DNA of 64,000 bases from Spirochaetaceae bacterium. Its GTDB lineage: Bacteria > Spirochaetota > Spirochaetia > SZUA-6 > Bin103. The notes under the pieces were generated by a model. It worked only from the letters and a program-made list of their open reading frames with translations, did not search any database and was not told the origin of the DNA. Below, piece after piece: positions 9,866 to 18,024 of the stretch (position 1 is its first letter; each line of letters begins with the position of its first letter). The translations under genes and the position numbers were made by a program. Location: contig JAPPGB010000073.1 in the NCBI GenBank assembly GCA_028821475.1, positions 71,485 to 135,484 on the forward strand, written 5' to 3'.

Positions 9866-10782
9866 ACCTCCCACCCCCGCCGCCGCAGCATGACGAACAG
9901 CAGCGTCACCAGGGCGGCCACGAAGCTCAGCGACATGCCGATGGCGGCGGCGTAGCCGACCCGGAAGTCGGCGAACGCGTTCTGGTAGGCGTACACGGCG
10001 AGCAGCAGCGAGGCGTTGCCGGGCCCACCCTCGGTCATCAGGAACACGTAGTCGAACGACAGGAACGACCAGATGATGGTCTGCAGCAGCGAGTACATCA
10101 GGGTCGGCAGGATGCCGGGGATGGTGACGAAGCGGAACTGCTGGCTGCCACTGGCGCCCTCGACCGCTGCGGCGTCGTACAGATCGGCGTCGATCGACTG
10201 CATGGCCGCCAGGTACAGCACCAGCAGGAAGCCCCACCAGTGCCAGAAGTTGGTGAAGTAGACGGCGTACAGCACCAGGTCCGGGTCGCCGAGCGGCTTG
10301 ATGTTGAGCCACTCGAACCCCACGAGCTCGGCCAGGTAGGGCCCGATGCCCTTCAGCGGGTGGTAGATCTGCCGCCAGATGTTGACGTTGACCACGCTGG
10401 CGATCACGTAGGGAACGAAGAACACCACCCGGTAGACCATCGAGAAGCGGCGCGCCCGCGACAGCAGCGCCGCGCCGAACAGCCCGCATCCCACCGGCAG
10501 CGTCAGGTTCATCACCGTCCACTGGACGTTGTTGACGAACGCCTTGTGAAAGTTCGCGTCCTGCAGCAACTGGCCGTAATTCCCCAGGCCGACGAACTCC
10601 GGCGCTCCCAGGCCCGACCACTCGGTCAGCGAGTAGTAGATGCTGGCCACGGCGGGCCCGATGATGACGACCAGGTTGAGCGCGATGACCGGGAGCAGGA
10701 ACGTCCACCCGGCCAGAGAACTCCTGCGGCCCCGGGAACGGGTCAGCCCCGGGGCGGTTCCGACGACGACGGCATCGCCCAT
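9862..10782 (-). CDS. Carbohydrate ABC transporter permease (MalF-like)
   Basis: 306-aa membrane protein with DLYDAAAVEGASGSQQFRFVTIP (EAA loop), immediately downstream of the SBP gene. Confidence 0.85.
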   Translation of the reverse strand: MGDAVVVGTAPGLTRSRGRRSSLAGWTFLLPVIALNLVVIIGPAVASIYYSLTEWSGLGAPEFVGLGNYGQLLQDANFHKAFVNNVQWTVMNLTLPVGCGLFGAALLSRARRFSMVYRVVFFVPYVIASVVNVNIWRQIYHPLKGIGPYLAELVGFEWLNIKPLGDPDLVLYAVYFTNFWHWWGFLLVLYLAAMQSIDADLYDAAAVEGASGSQQFRFVTIPGILPTLMYSLLQTIIWSFLSFDYVFLMTEGGPGNASLLLAVYAYQNAFADFRVGYAAAIGMSLSFVAALVTLLFVMLRRRGWEV

Positions 10783-10851
10783 CGCCGCACTCCTACCTCA
10801 CGCCGTCGCGCAAGTCGCACATCGCGCGGCGTTCCGCGCAGCGCGCGCCGG

Positions 10852-12192
10852 TCACGGACTGCGGGTGTTCGGCGCCGGGGGAATCGGCATGCCCGCCTCG
10901 GCATAGTCGGCGGCGTATACCTCCTGGAAGGCAGCCATGAAGTCGGCCGCGGTCATGTCGCCGTTGTGCACCTTGACGATTTCCTGCTCGGCCCAGGTCT
11001 TGGATTGCGGCGGCCAGTAGCCCCACACCGGGTATCCGGTCTTGCCGCGCCCGGTCTCCAGGCTGAACTCGGAGATCCACCTGGTGATGCGCGGGTCGAT
11101 GTCGGAACCGAAATCCGCTTCCTTGTAGTGGAGCGGCGGGAACCAGCTCGAAAAACGGGTCGATTCGGCGATCTTGGCCGCCCGCGTGGTGTCCTCGAAC
11201 AGGAAATTCAGCACGGTGCCGGCGGCATCGCGATGCTTCGCCGACGCGCTCAGGGCGATGCTCTCGCCGATGCTGAGCTCGTAGACCGGCTCCACGCCGT
11301 CGCGCAGGGGCGGCGTCTGCACGAAGTTCCAGTGATTGCCGGACTCGGCTTCCATCGAGATCAGCGACTCGGTGACCCAGGTGCCGTTGATCATCATCAG
11401 CGCGTCGCCTTCCATCAGCGCGCTGTTGGCGTCCGCGTAGCCCATGCTGTAGTAGGTCTCCAGGTCGCCGCCCCACCAGCCGGCCTGCACCTGCGAGTTC
11501 CAGTACTCCATCGCCTCCACCAGCAGCGGGTGGTCCCAGCGCATCTCCTGGATGCTGGCGGCGTAGAACCGGTCATGGCCCGCGTAGCCGCCCCACATGG
11601 CCGGGAACTGCCAGCGGTTACGCGCCACGTAGTGGGAAAAGCAGATCAGCCCCTCGACAACCGCGACGCCACAGACCTTCTCCACGTCGGCGCGGTTCGC
11701 CGGCGGCTCCAGGCCGTACTGCTCAAACAAGGTCTCGTTGTAGAACAAGAGCAGCGTCTCGTAGTGCATCGGCAGGGTGATCAGCGAGCCGTCCGCGCTG
11801 GTACCGGACTCGTAGGCCCAGCCGAGCAGCCGGCTCTCCCACCCGTAGTGGCCGGCCAGGTCGCTCATGTCGGAGAGCTGGCCGGCGCTCCAGTACTCCA
11901 GCGCGTAACCCGGCCCGCCAAGCTGAATGATGTCCGGCCCGGCGCCCGCCTGAATCGCCGTCTGGGTGGTGCGGTAGTAGTCCTCCATGTACACCAGCTC
12001 CAGCTCGACCTCCGGGTGTGCCTCGGCCAACGGGTCCAGAAACAGCTCCTGGATCGCCGGCCGGTATTCCGTCTGCAGGCTCGACGTCCACCACACCACC
12101 TTCTGCACGTCGGCGGCCCCCTCTTCGGTGCCCGCCCCAAACGCCACCGCGGCGGCCAACGCCAAGATAAGCGCGACAACGGTCGTCTTCAT
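10852..12192 (-). CDS. Sugar ABC transporter substrate-binding protein (family 1)
   Basis: ATG at 12192 preceded by AGGAGG. Signal peptide MKTTVVALILALAAAVAFGAG. Size and composition fit family-1 SBPs. Confidence 0.85.
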   Translation of the reverse strand: MKTTVVALILALAAAVAFGAGTEEGAADVQKVVWWTSSLQTEYRPAIQELFLDPLAEAHPEVELELVYMEDYYRTTQTAIQAGAGPDIIQLGGPGYALEYWSAGQLSDMSDLAGHYGWESRLLGWAYESGTSADGSLITLPMHYETLLLFYNETLFEQYGLEPPANRADVEKVCGVAVVEGLICFSHYVARNRWQFPAMWGGYAGHDRFYAASIQEMRWDHPLLVEAMEYWNSQVQAGWWGGDLETYYSMGYADANSALMEGDALMMINGTWVTESLISMEAESGNHWNFVQTPPLRDGVEPVYELSIGESIALSASAKHRDAAGTVLNFLFEDTTRAAKIAESTRFSSWFPPLHYKEADFGSDIDPRITRWISEFSLETGRGKTGYPVWGYWPPQSKTWAEQEIVKVHNGDMTAADFMAAFQEVYAADYAEAGMPIPPAPNTRSP

Positions 12193-12306
12193 TTCCAGTC
12201 CTCCTGATTCGCCGGCGGACCGCCCTCGTGCGAGCCACCGTAGTCGGCACACTCTGAGGCACCGCACAGTGGCTGTCAAGAAAGCCCCGTTCAGGACCCG
12301 CCGTAT

Positions 12307-12528
12307 TCAAACCGCGATGGTGTAGTGGTTTACCACCACCGACTCGGCGGCGGCGTTCTCGCCCCGCTCCAGCTCCTCCAGGTACAGCCGGATTGCCTCG
12401 GCCACGAGGTCACGAACTTCATCCTCGGTTTCGCCAGCCACGCCGATGCCCGGAAGTTCCGGTACGTACGCACCATACGAACCGGCGCCGTACTTCTCCA
12501 CAATGACGAGATACTCAGCCTTTCCCAT
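12307..12528 (-). CDS. hicB: HicB-family antitoxin
   Basis: YLVIVEKYGAGSYGAYVPELPGIGVAGETEDEVRDLVAEAIRLYLEE is the classic HicB N-terminal fold pattern. Overlaps the hicA stop. Confidence 0.8.
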   Translation of the reverse strand: MGKAEYLVIVEKYGAGSYGAYVPELPGIGVAGETEDEVRDLVAEAIRLYLEELERGENAAAESVVVNHYTIAV

Positions 12529-12766
12529 CTACGGTCTCCGTCTTGTTCTCCTTCGAGCCAGCCTGCTTGAGCACCTGGCTGAGCGTACCTGCCCTCATGT
12601 CTGCACCGGGATTCCCGGCTACCACCACTATGCCACGCTTGGTCGCGTGTCGCATCACTCGGTGGCTCCCCCGACGACGAACCTCGTACCAGCCGTCGCG
12701 ATGTAGCTGTCTCAGCACCTCCCGGACCTTCACAACGGGAATATTACGCCGTTGCGCTCCGATCAT
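12515..12766 (-). CDS. hicA: HicA-family mRNA interferase toxin
   Basis: VKVREVLRQLHRDGWYEVRRRGSHRVMRH with the GSH motif, followed by GTLSQVLKQAG. Confidence 0.8.
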   Translation of the reverse strand: MIGAQRRNIPVVKVREVLRQLHRDGWYEVRRRGSHRVMRHATKRGIVVVAGNPGADMRAGTLSQVLKQAGSKENKTETVDGKG

Positions 12767-12862
12767 GCCCAGCGCGACTGCCGGCTATCACAGCAGGAAT
12801 TCGTCCACGGTGTGTCGACCCGGTTGGCGACGGATCACGACATGCCCTACTTTGGCCGTACA

Positions 12863-13150
12863 ATGCAGGCTGATCAGAACCGCCACCGCAATCAGCGCAT
12901 CGAAGTCAGGGCGACCCCGGAGGACCGCGCGCTGATCGACCGGGCCGTGGCCGCCGCCGGCACCAGTGTGACCGCATTCGTGTTGGGCAGCGTTACGACC
13001 GCCGCCCGCCAAGTGCTCGCGGATCGTACCGAGTTCGTCCTGTCTCCCGAAGCTGCCGATGCGTGGGAGGCGATCAACGCGCGCCCGGCGCGAGATCTGC
13101 CCGGGCTGCGCGAACTGATCAGGCGGCCGTCGCCCTTCGTCGCGGAGTGA
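12863..13150 (+). CDS. tacA: DUF1778 / TacA-type RHH antitoxin
   Basis: RIEVRATPEDRALIDRAVAAAGTSVTAFVLGSVTTAARQVLADR matches the DUF1778 pattern. ATG at 12863 inside ORF 12752..13150. Confidence 0.75.
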   Translation: MQADQNRHRNQRIEVRATPEDRALIDRAVAAAGTSVTAFVLGSVTTAARQVLADRTEFVLSPEAADAWEAINARPARDLPGLRELIRRPSPFVAE

Positions 13151-13300
13151 CTACCTGTCCACTCCCGCAGACAGTAACGAGGTGGTCGCCTACTACTCCT
13201 GGTGCATGGCCGCCATCGCCGTGGAAGCAGCGCCGTCGCGCCTGCGCAAGGGAGCGGGGCGCTATCCCCAACCAGTCGCCCTGCTGGCTCGCCTGGTCGT
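13147..13300 (+). pseudogene. Remnant of a TacT-type GNAT toxin gene
   Basis: Directly after tacA the frame reads ...EVVAYYSWCMAAIAVEAAPSRLRKGAGRYPQPVALLARLVV. This resembles only the central YY-S...LLARLAVD segment of TacT toxins. The roughly 60 N-terminal residues and the acetyl-CoA-binding region are absent in all frames. Confidence 0.45.
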
Positions 13301-13634
13301 CCAGGTCGTTCCGAGTTGCCCGGCTACCTCCATGTCGCCGTGTCGCTGTTGCCGGCGCCCGTCACCCCGACGATCCAAGGCTCTGGGGCGGGTGCGGCCG
13401 GTGCTCCGCTGCCGGTGCTGCGTTTCGATGATTCGACCGGACCCGGACCCGAAGCCGTTGTCATGCCCCGTGTCTGTCTTGCCGCCGCTACGGGTGGGCG
13501 CTTGGCCGCTCCGCGGCATGGCGCGCGGTGGCCCGGTGGTGGTGGTCGCCGAGCAACTGGAGGCCGCGGCTGGCGCGCATTTTCGACCTGGCGATGGGGT
13601 GACGACAGGCAAGCCGGATATATGCCATAGGGTT

Positions 13635-13677
13635 GCACACGTAGCACACGCGGCACACGTTTGTCGTACCATATGGT
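13635..13677 (+). promoter_or_regulatory. Three 9-bp-phased GCACACG direct repeats plus the 10-bp palindrome ACCATATGGT, upstream of the repeat-protein gene
   Basis: GCACACG at 13635, 13644 and 13653. The perfect palindrome at 13668-13677 ends 5 nt before the ATG at 13683. Any function is inferred only. Confidence 0.25.
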
Positions 13678-13682
13678 GAACG

Positions 13683-14279
13683 ATGAGCGACCCGAGCGAC
13701 CCGACACTAGGTGACGTGCTCCGCGCCCTGGAGGCACTGACGCGCCATGTAACCGACCACGGCGCGACGCTGGAAGCGCTGGCCCGCGACGTGGTCGACC
13801 TGCGCCGCGACCATGGCGCGACGCTGGAAGCGCTGGCCCGCGACGTGGTCGACCTGCGCCGCGACCATGGCGCGAAGCTGGAGGCGCTGGCCCGCGATGT
13901 GGTCGACCTGCGCCGCGACCACGGCGCGAAGCTGGAGGCGCTGACCGGCGCCGTGGTCGACCTGCGCCGCGACCATGGCGCGAAGCTGGAGGCGCTGACC
14001 GGCGCCGTGGTCGACCTGCGCCGCGACCACGGCGCGAAGCTGGAGGCGCTGACCGGCGCCGTGGTCGACCTGCGCCGCGACCACGGCGCGAAGCTGGAGG
14101 CGCTGACCGGCGCCGTGGAGACCCTCGGCCGCGAGACACGCCGCGAGCTTGCCGGACTACCGGAGGCCGTGACCGAGGCCGTGGTGGCCGCGGTGGACCG
14201 GACGTTAGGTGCCACGGTGCGCGACCTGGATCACGACGTTACCGAGCTGAAGCGCGAAGTTGCCGAGTTGAAGCGATAG
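13683..14279 (+). CDS. Hypothetical alpha-helical protein built from 18-residue tandem repeats
   Basis: 198-aa ORF with six full copies and one partial copy of DHGA(T/K)LEAL(AR/TG)(D/A)VVDLRR, flanked by non-repeat termini. Confidence 0.7.
   Translation: MSDPSDPTLGDVLRALEALTRHVTDHGATLEALARDVVDLRRDHGATLEALARDVVDLRRDHGAKLEALARDVVDLRRDHGAKLEALTGAVVDLRRDHGAKLEALTGAVVDLRRDHGAKLEALTGAVVDLRRDHGAKLEALTGAVETLGRETRRELAGLPEAVTEAVVAAVDRTLGATVRDLDHDVTELKREVAELKR
13755..14120 (+). repeat. 54-bp tandem repeat array (about 6.7 copies), coding
   Basis: GACCA(C/T)GGCGCGA(C/A)GCTGGA(A/G)GCGCTG... recurs with a 54-nt period (unit starts at 13755 and 13809 checked, then every 54 nt). Adjacent copies are nearly identical. 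Confidence 0.9.
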
Positions 14280-14290
14280 CGAAGCCCCGA

Positions 14291-14310
14291 CTATTGGGAG
14301 CCGCCAATAG
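14291..14310 (+). terminator. Possible hairpin terminator after the repeat-protein gene
   Basis: CTATTGG-gagccg-CCAATAG is a perfect 7-bp inverted repeat 12 nt after the stop, with a short T run (GGGTTTC) 5 nt downstream. The stem is weak. Confidence 0.25.
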
Positions 14311-14479
14311 TACGGGTTTCGTATCCGCCGCCCCGGCTCCAGCGTGGCCGGCATCGTGCCGTAGGCGAGCGCTGACGCGTCCCAGATCACGAACCTCATC
14401 CTCGGCTTCGCCAACTACGTCGTTGATCGGAGGTTTGGGAGGTAGACAGCATGCGACTCCAGAGGACGAGAACTCACCG

Positions 14480-17400
14480 TCATTGCGTTGCAGCCGGTTC
14501 GTAGGCGAGGGAGAACACGGTGTCGGTGAGCCAGCGCTTGAAGCTGGCGTTGTCCATGAACTGCTTGAACAGCTCGGTGTCGTCGCGCATCACGGCGGTC
14601 ATCACGCGGAGCAGTGCCCTGTCGTGCTCGATGCGGGCGTTCTGGCGGTCTGAGTTCTGCCGCGCGTTGCGGAACGCGGTGTCGGCGGCGACGCGGGACG
14701 GGATGGTGTCGATGATGAGCTGCCGCACGCGGTCGGCGTCCTCCCACCGGATGTCGCCGAAGTGCTCGTTAAAGGTGCGCAGGATGACGGAGAGCCGGTC
14801 CAGCTCCGGCTCCGGGCGGGAGCCGCCGGCCGATGTGGGCACCGGGCCGATCTCGGCGTCCTCGTCCGGCAGCAGGATCTTCTGCATCGCCTGCTTCTCC
14901 ACCCGGTAGCTGTCCAGGTCGATGGCGTCCAGGATCCCCTTGGCAAGGTCTGGCTCCACCGGCGCCGGCAGCTTCGGCACCAGCAGGTTGAGGAAGATCG
15001 AGCGCTTCTCCCAGCCCGGGTTGCTGTACGGCAGCACCGCGGAGAGAAAGCCGTAGGTGCGGATGAACGCCTTGGCGTTGCCCTTGAACTCGACTTGCCC
15101 GTCCTCGTCCAGCTCGCGCAGGTACACCGCCACGCAGGCATCCAGGATCGGATCGAGCCGGTCGCGCTCGGCACCGCCAAGGTAGCGCCGCACCAGTTCC
15201 TCTACCTGCTCCTCGGAGTAGACCTGAGCCAGGTCAAGGTCGGCCTGCAGGTCGTGCAGCTTGTTGGGGTCGGTCTCGTCGGCCAGGATCGTCGCCCGGT
15301 AGAAGTCCGCGAACGCCGCGCGGATGGTGTCGGCGTCGTTCAGAAAGTCGAGCACGAACACGTCGTGCTTCTTGGGATGCGCCCGGTTGAGGCGCGACAA
15401 GGTCTGCACCGCCTTGATCCCCGACAGGGTCTTGTCCACGTACATGGTGTGCAACAGCGGCTCGTCGTAACCGGTCTGGAACTTGTCCGCGCACACCAGG
15501 AAGCGGTAGGGATCCTCCTGGAGGCGGTCGGCGATCTGTGCCGACGGCAGGCCGTTCAACGACGCCTCGCTCAGCTTCGCGCCGCCGTACTCGTGCTCGC
15601 CGGAGAACGCGACCAGGGCCTGAAAGCGGCTCTTGCGCTCGGCCAGGTAGTCACTGATGGCGTGGTAGTACTGGATGGCGCGCTCGATGCCGTTGGTGAC
15701 CACCATCGCCCGCGCCGCGCCGCCGATCTTGCCCTGCGCGAGCACCTGGTCGTGGAAGTGGTCGACCATGATCTCGGCCTTGAGGCGGATCGCGTGGTCG
15801 CTGCCCTCCACGAATCGGCGCAGCTTCCTCTGCGCCTTCTTGACGTCGAACTCCGGGTCATCCTCGACCGTCTTGGCCAGCTTGTAGTAGCTGTCTACCG
15901 GCGTGTAGCGGGCGAGCACGTCGAGAATGAACCCCTCCTGGATCGCCTGCTTCATCGTGTAGCTGTGGAACGCGTGATGCCGCACCGTCCCGTCCGGCTG
16001 CGGGTCCGGCGTGCCGAAGATCTCCAGCGTCTTGTTCTTGGGCGTGGCGGTAAACGCGAAGTAGCTGGCGTTGGGCAGCAGCCTGCGCGACTCCATCAGG
16101 CGGTTGATCTGGTCCTCGTAGGTCTCCTCCTCGTCCACCTCACCGGCCGCCGACAGCGCCTGCGCCATCGCCGCACTGGTGCGGCCGCCCTGGCTGGAGT
16201 GCGCCTCGTCGATGATGATCGCGAAGCTGCGCCCGCGCTGCTCGTTGCCGATCTCGTCGAGGATGAACGGGAACTTCTGCACCGTGGAGATGATGATCTT
16301 CTTGCCGCTCTCGATGAACCGCCGCAGGTCGCCCGAGCGGTCCGCGTGCCCGACCGTCGCCGACACCTGGGCGTACTGCCGGATGGTGTCGCGGATCTGC
16401 CGGTCGAGAATGCGCCGGTCGGTTACCACGATGATCGAGTCGAACACCGGCGTGTCGTCCCTGGTCAGCCCGATGAGCTGATGCGCCAGCCAGGCGATGG
16501 AGTTGCTCTTGCCGCTGCCCGCCGAATGCTGGATCAGGTAGCGCCGGCCCACCCCGTGGGAGCCGGCGTCGGCCAGCAGACGGCGCACCACGTCGAGCTG
16601 GTGGTAGCGCGGCCAGACCTGCGCCCGCCGCTTCCTGCCGGTCTTGTCGTCCCTCTCCTCTACCACCTGGGCGTAGTTCTCCAGGATGTTGGTCACGCTC
16701 ACCGTCGGCAGCACCTCGCGCCACAGGTAGTCGATCGCCAGCCCGTGCGGGTTGGGCGGGTTGCCCGCACCGTCGTTCCAGCCGCGGTTGAACGGCAGAA
16801 ACCAAGACTCCTTTCCCTTGAGATGGGTGCAGAACTGCACCTCGCGCTCGTCCACCGCGAAGTGCGCGATGCAGCGCCCGAACTCGAACAGCTTCTCGCG
16901 CGGATTGCGATCCTGCTGGTACTGCAACACGGCGTCGTCCGCGGTCTGCTTGGTGAAGCTGTTCTTCAACTCGAACGTGAACACCGGCAGCCCGTTGATG
17001 AACAGCCCGATGTCCAGCGCCCGCTGCGCCTCATCCCGGCTGTAGCGAAGCTGCCGCGTGACCGTGAACCGGTTCTGCCCGTACCGCTCCTGCGCCTGCA
17101 GGTTGTGCTCCGAGGGCGTACCGTAGAAGACGTCCAGGTGCAGCGGCCCGTGCTTGATGCCGTTGCGCAGCACGTCTATGGTGCCGCGCTTGGCGACCTC
17201 GCTCTGCAGCCGTGTCAGGAACACTCGCCGCGTAGGACCGTCCTGCCACAGTGCCAGCGCCTCAGCGGCCTCGGGCTGGGTAACGCGCAGGAACGCGCCG
17301 AGCTGCACCAGATCGACGCAGTGCTCGCGGTCGTAGTCATGGAAACTCCCGCCGCTCCAGCCTACCCCGCCATAGCCCGCGGGCGGATCGGCCACGGCGC

Positions 17401-17485
17401 CCTCGGCAGGAGGATCGCACGGATGCCCGGCCAATCGCGCGCAGATCAGCCGTTCCAGCCCGAACTCCGTGGTGTCGGTGGTCAT
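14480..17485 (-). CDS. hsdR: Type I restriction enzyme R subunit
   Basis: 1001 aa. Contains helicase motif I LIQHSAGSGKSNSIAWLAHQL, motif II IIIDEAHSSQGG and the usual N-terminal nuclease region. Last gene of the hsdM-hsdS-...-hsdR array. Confidence 0.9.
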   Translation of the reverse strand: MTTDTTEFGLERLICARLAGHPCDPPAEGAVADPPAGYGGVGWSGGSFHDYDREHCVDLVQLGAFLRVTQPEAAEALALWQDGPTRRVFLTRLQSEVAKRGTIDVLRNGIKHGPLHLDVFYGTPSEHNLQAQERYGQNRFTVTRQLRYSRDEAQRALDIGLFINGLPVFTFELKNSFTKQTADDAVLQYQQDRNPREKLFEFGRCIAHFAVDEREVQFCTHLKGKESWFLPFNRGWNDGAGNPPNPHGLAIDYLWREVLPTVSVTNILENYAQVVEERDDKTGRKRRAQVWPRYHQLDVVRRLLADAGSHGVGRRYLIQHSAGSGKSNSIAWLAHQLIGLTRDDTPVFDSIIVVTDRRILDRQIRDTIRQYAQVSATVGHADRSGDLRRFIESGKKIIISTVQKFPFILDEIGNEQRGRSFAIIIDEAHSSQGGRTSAAMAQALSAAGEVDEEETYEDQINRLMESRRLLPNASYFAFTATPKNKTLEIFGTPDPQPDGTVRHHAFHSYTMKQAIQEGFILDVLARYTPVDSYYKLAKTVEDDPEFDVKKAQRKLRRFVEGSDHAIRLKAEIMVDHFHDQVLAQGKIGGAARAMVVTNGIERAIQYYHAISDYLAERKSRFQALVAFSGEHEYGGAKLSEASLNGLPSAQIADRLQEDPYRFLVCADKFQTGYDEPLLHTMYVDKTLSGIKAVQTLSRLNRAHPKKHDVFVLDFLNDADTIRAAFADFYRATILADETDPNKLHDLQADLDLAQVYSEEQVEELVRRYLGGAERDRLDPILDACVAVYLRELDEDGQVEFKGNAKAFIRTYGFLSAVLPYSNPGWEKRSIFLNLLVPKLPAPVEPDLAKGILDAIDLDSYRVEKQAMQKILLPDEDAEIGPVPTSAGGSRPEPELDRLSVILRTFNEHFGDIRWEDADRVRQLIIDTIPSRVAADTAFRNARQNSDRQNARIEHDRALLRVMTAVMRDDTELFKQFMDNASFKRWLTDTVFSLAYEPAATQ

Positions 17486-17486
17486 G

Positions 17487-17801
17487 CTAAATCTGGACCT
17501 CCCGGAGTTCTCCCGGCTGTATGCGCTCCAAGGCAGCCCGGATGTCGTCGACCCGCATCAGGACGTCGGGCCACCTGTTGGAACGCAGTACGATGATCGC
17601 AATTCGCCTGCGGCGAAGGTTCTGCTGATACCTCATACTCTGGTCGGTGATCAATAGCTCGTATTCTTCACTCGCGGCCTGGTCCAACAGCTCACCGTTG
17701 CTCAATTCCGCCCAACCTTTCTCGGCGGCTGTGTCAACGGTATGTTCGGGAATATAGCCGCGGAGCGGTGCGGGAGTCCCGTGGTCAAACAGGATTTTCA
17801 A
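17487..17801 (-). CDS. DUF5615-like PIN-fold protein (putative toxin partner of DUF433)
   Basis: MKILFDHGTPAPLRGYIPEHTVDTAAEKGWAELSNGELLDQAASEEYELLITDQSMRYQQNL resembles the Mut7-C/DUF5615 family. Overlaps the DUF433 gene by 17 nt and ends 1 nt before the hsdR ATG. Confidence 0.6.
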   Translation of the reverse strand: MKILFDHGTPAPLRGYIPEHTVDTAAEKGWAELSNGELLDQAASEEYELLITDQSMRYQQNLRRRRIAIIVLRSNRWPDVLMRVDDIRAALERIQPGELREVQI

Positions 17802-18024
17802 GGCTCACTCTAGCGTCCAGGCTCTTGACCTCGTGTTCCAACACCGCCTTGACCTGCCATTCCTCCACCCCCGGGAACCACTCGAGAAAGTCCTTCACCG
17901 TGGCTCCCGCCGCGAGATTGCCGAACAGAGCGGATACCGGCACTCGGGTCCTGGTGAACACCCAGGCTCCGCTGAGTCTGCCGGGCACGCTTTCCACCGC
18001 GTCACACTTGCTCCAGTCCGTCAT
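17785..18024 (-). CDS. DUF433 domain protein (putative antitoxin)
   Basis: 79 aa. VPGRLSGAWVFTRTRVPVSALFGNLAAGATVKDFLEWFPGV fits the DUF433 pattern. Its start overlaps the hsdS stop by 4 nt. Confidence 0.75.
   Translation of the reverse strand: MTDWSKCDAVESVPGRLSGAWVFTRTRVPVSALFGNLAAGATVKDFLEWFPGVEEWQVKAVLEHEVKSLDARVSLENPV

Noticed and set aside
9808-12207. 799-aa plus-strand ORF antisense to the sugar ABC permease and SBP genes
   Set aside because: It has no recognisable motifs and is a high-GC antisense artefact. The minus-strand genes have signal peptides, EAA loops and coupled starts.
13755-14120. Possibility that the 54-bp repeats are a CRISPR array
   Set aside because: The units are directly abutting with no spacers, are in frame, and lie inside an ORF. 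No cas genes are nearby.
13262-14215. 317-aa and 271-aa minus-strand ORFs with their own repeats (…RRRSTTAPVSASSFAPWS…)
   Set aside because: They are mirror images of the 54-bp repeat array. The plus-strand frame has a proper ATG, non-repeat termini and helix-like chemistry, whereas the antisense frames are Arg/Ser/Pro-rich.
14205-14414. 69-aa minus-strand ORF beginning ...MRFVIWDASALAYGTMPATLEPG, reminiscent of a PIN N-terminus
   Set aside because: Only about 20 residues of weak resemblance. The rest overlaps the repeat-protein gene end and the hairpin. This is too short to call.
14762-17596. 944-aa plus-strand ORF antisense to hsdR
   Set aside because: hsdR on the minus strand carries unambiguous helicase motifs. 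The antisense ORF is low-complexity (V/L/R/A/G-rich).
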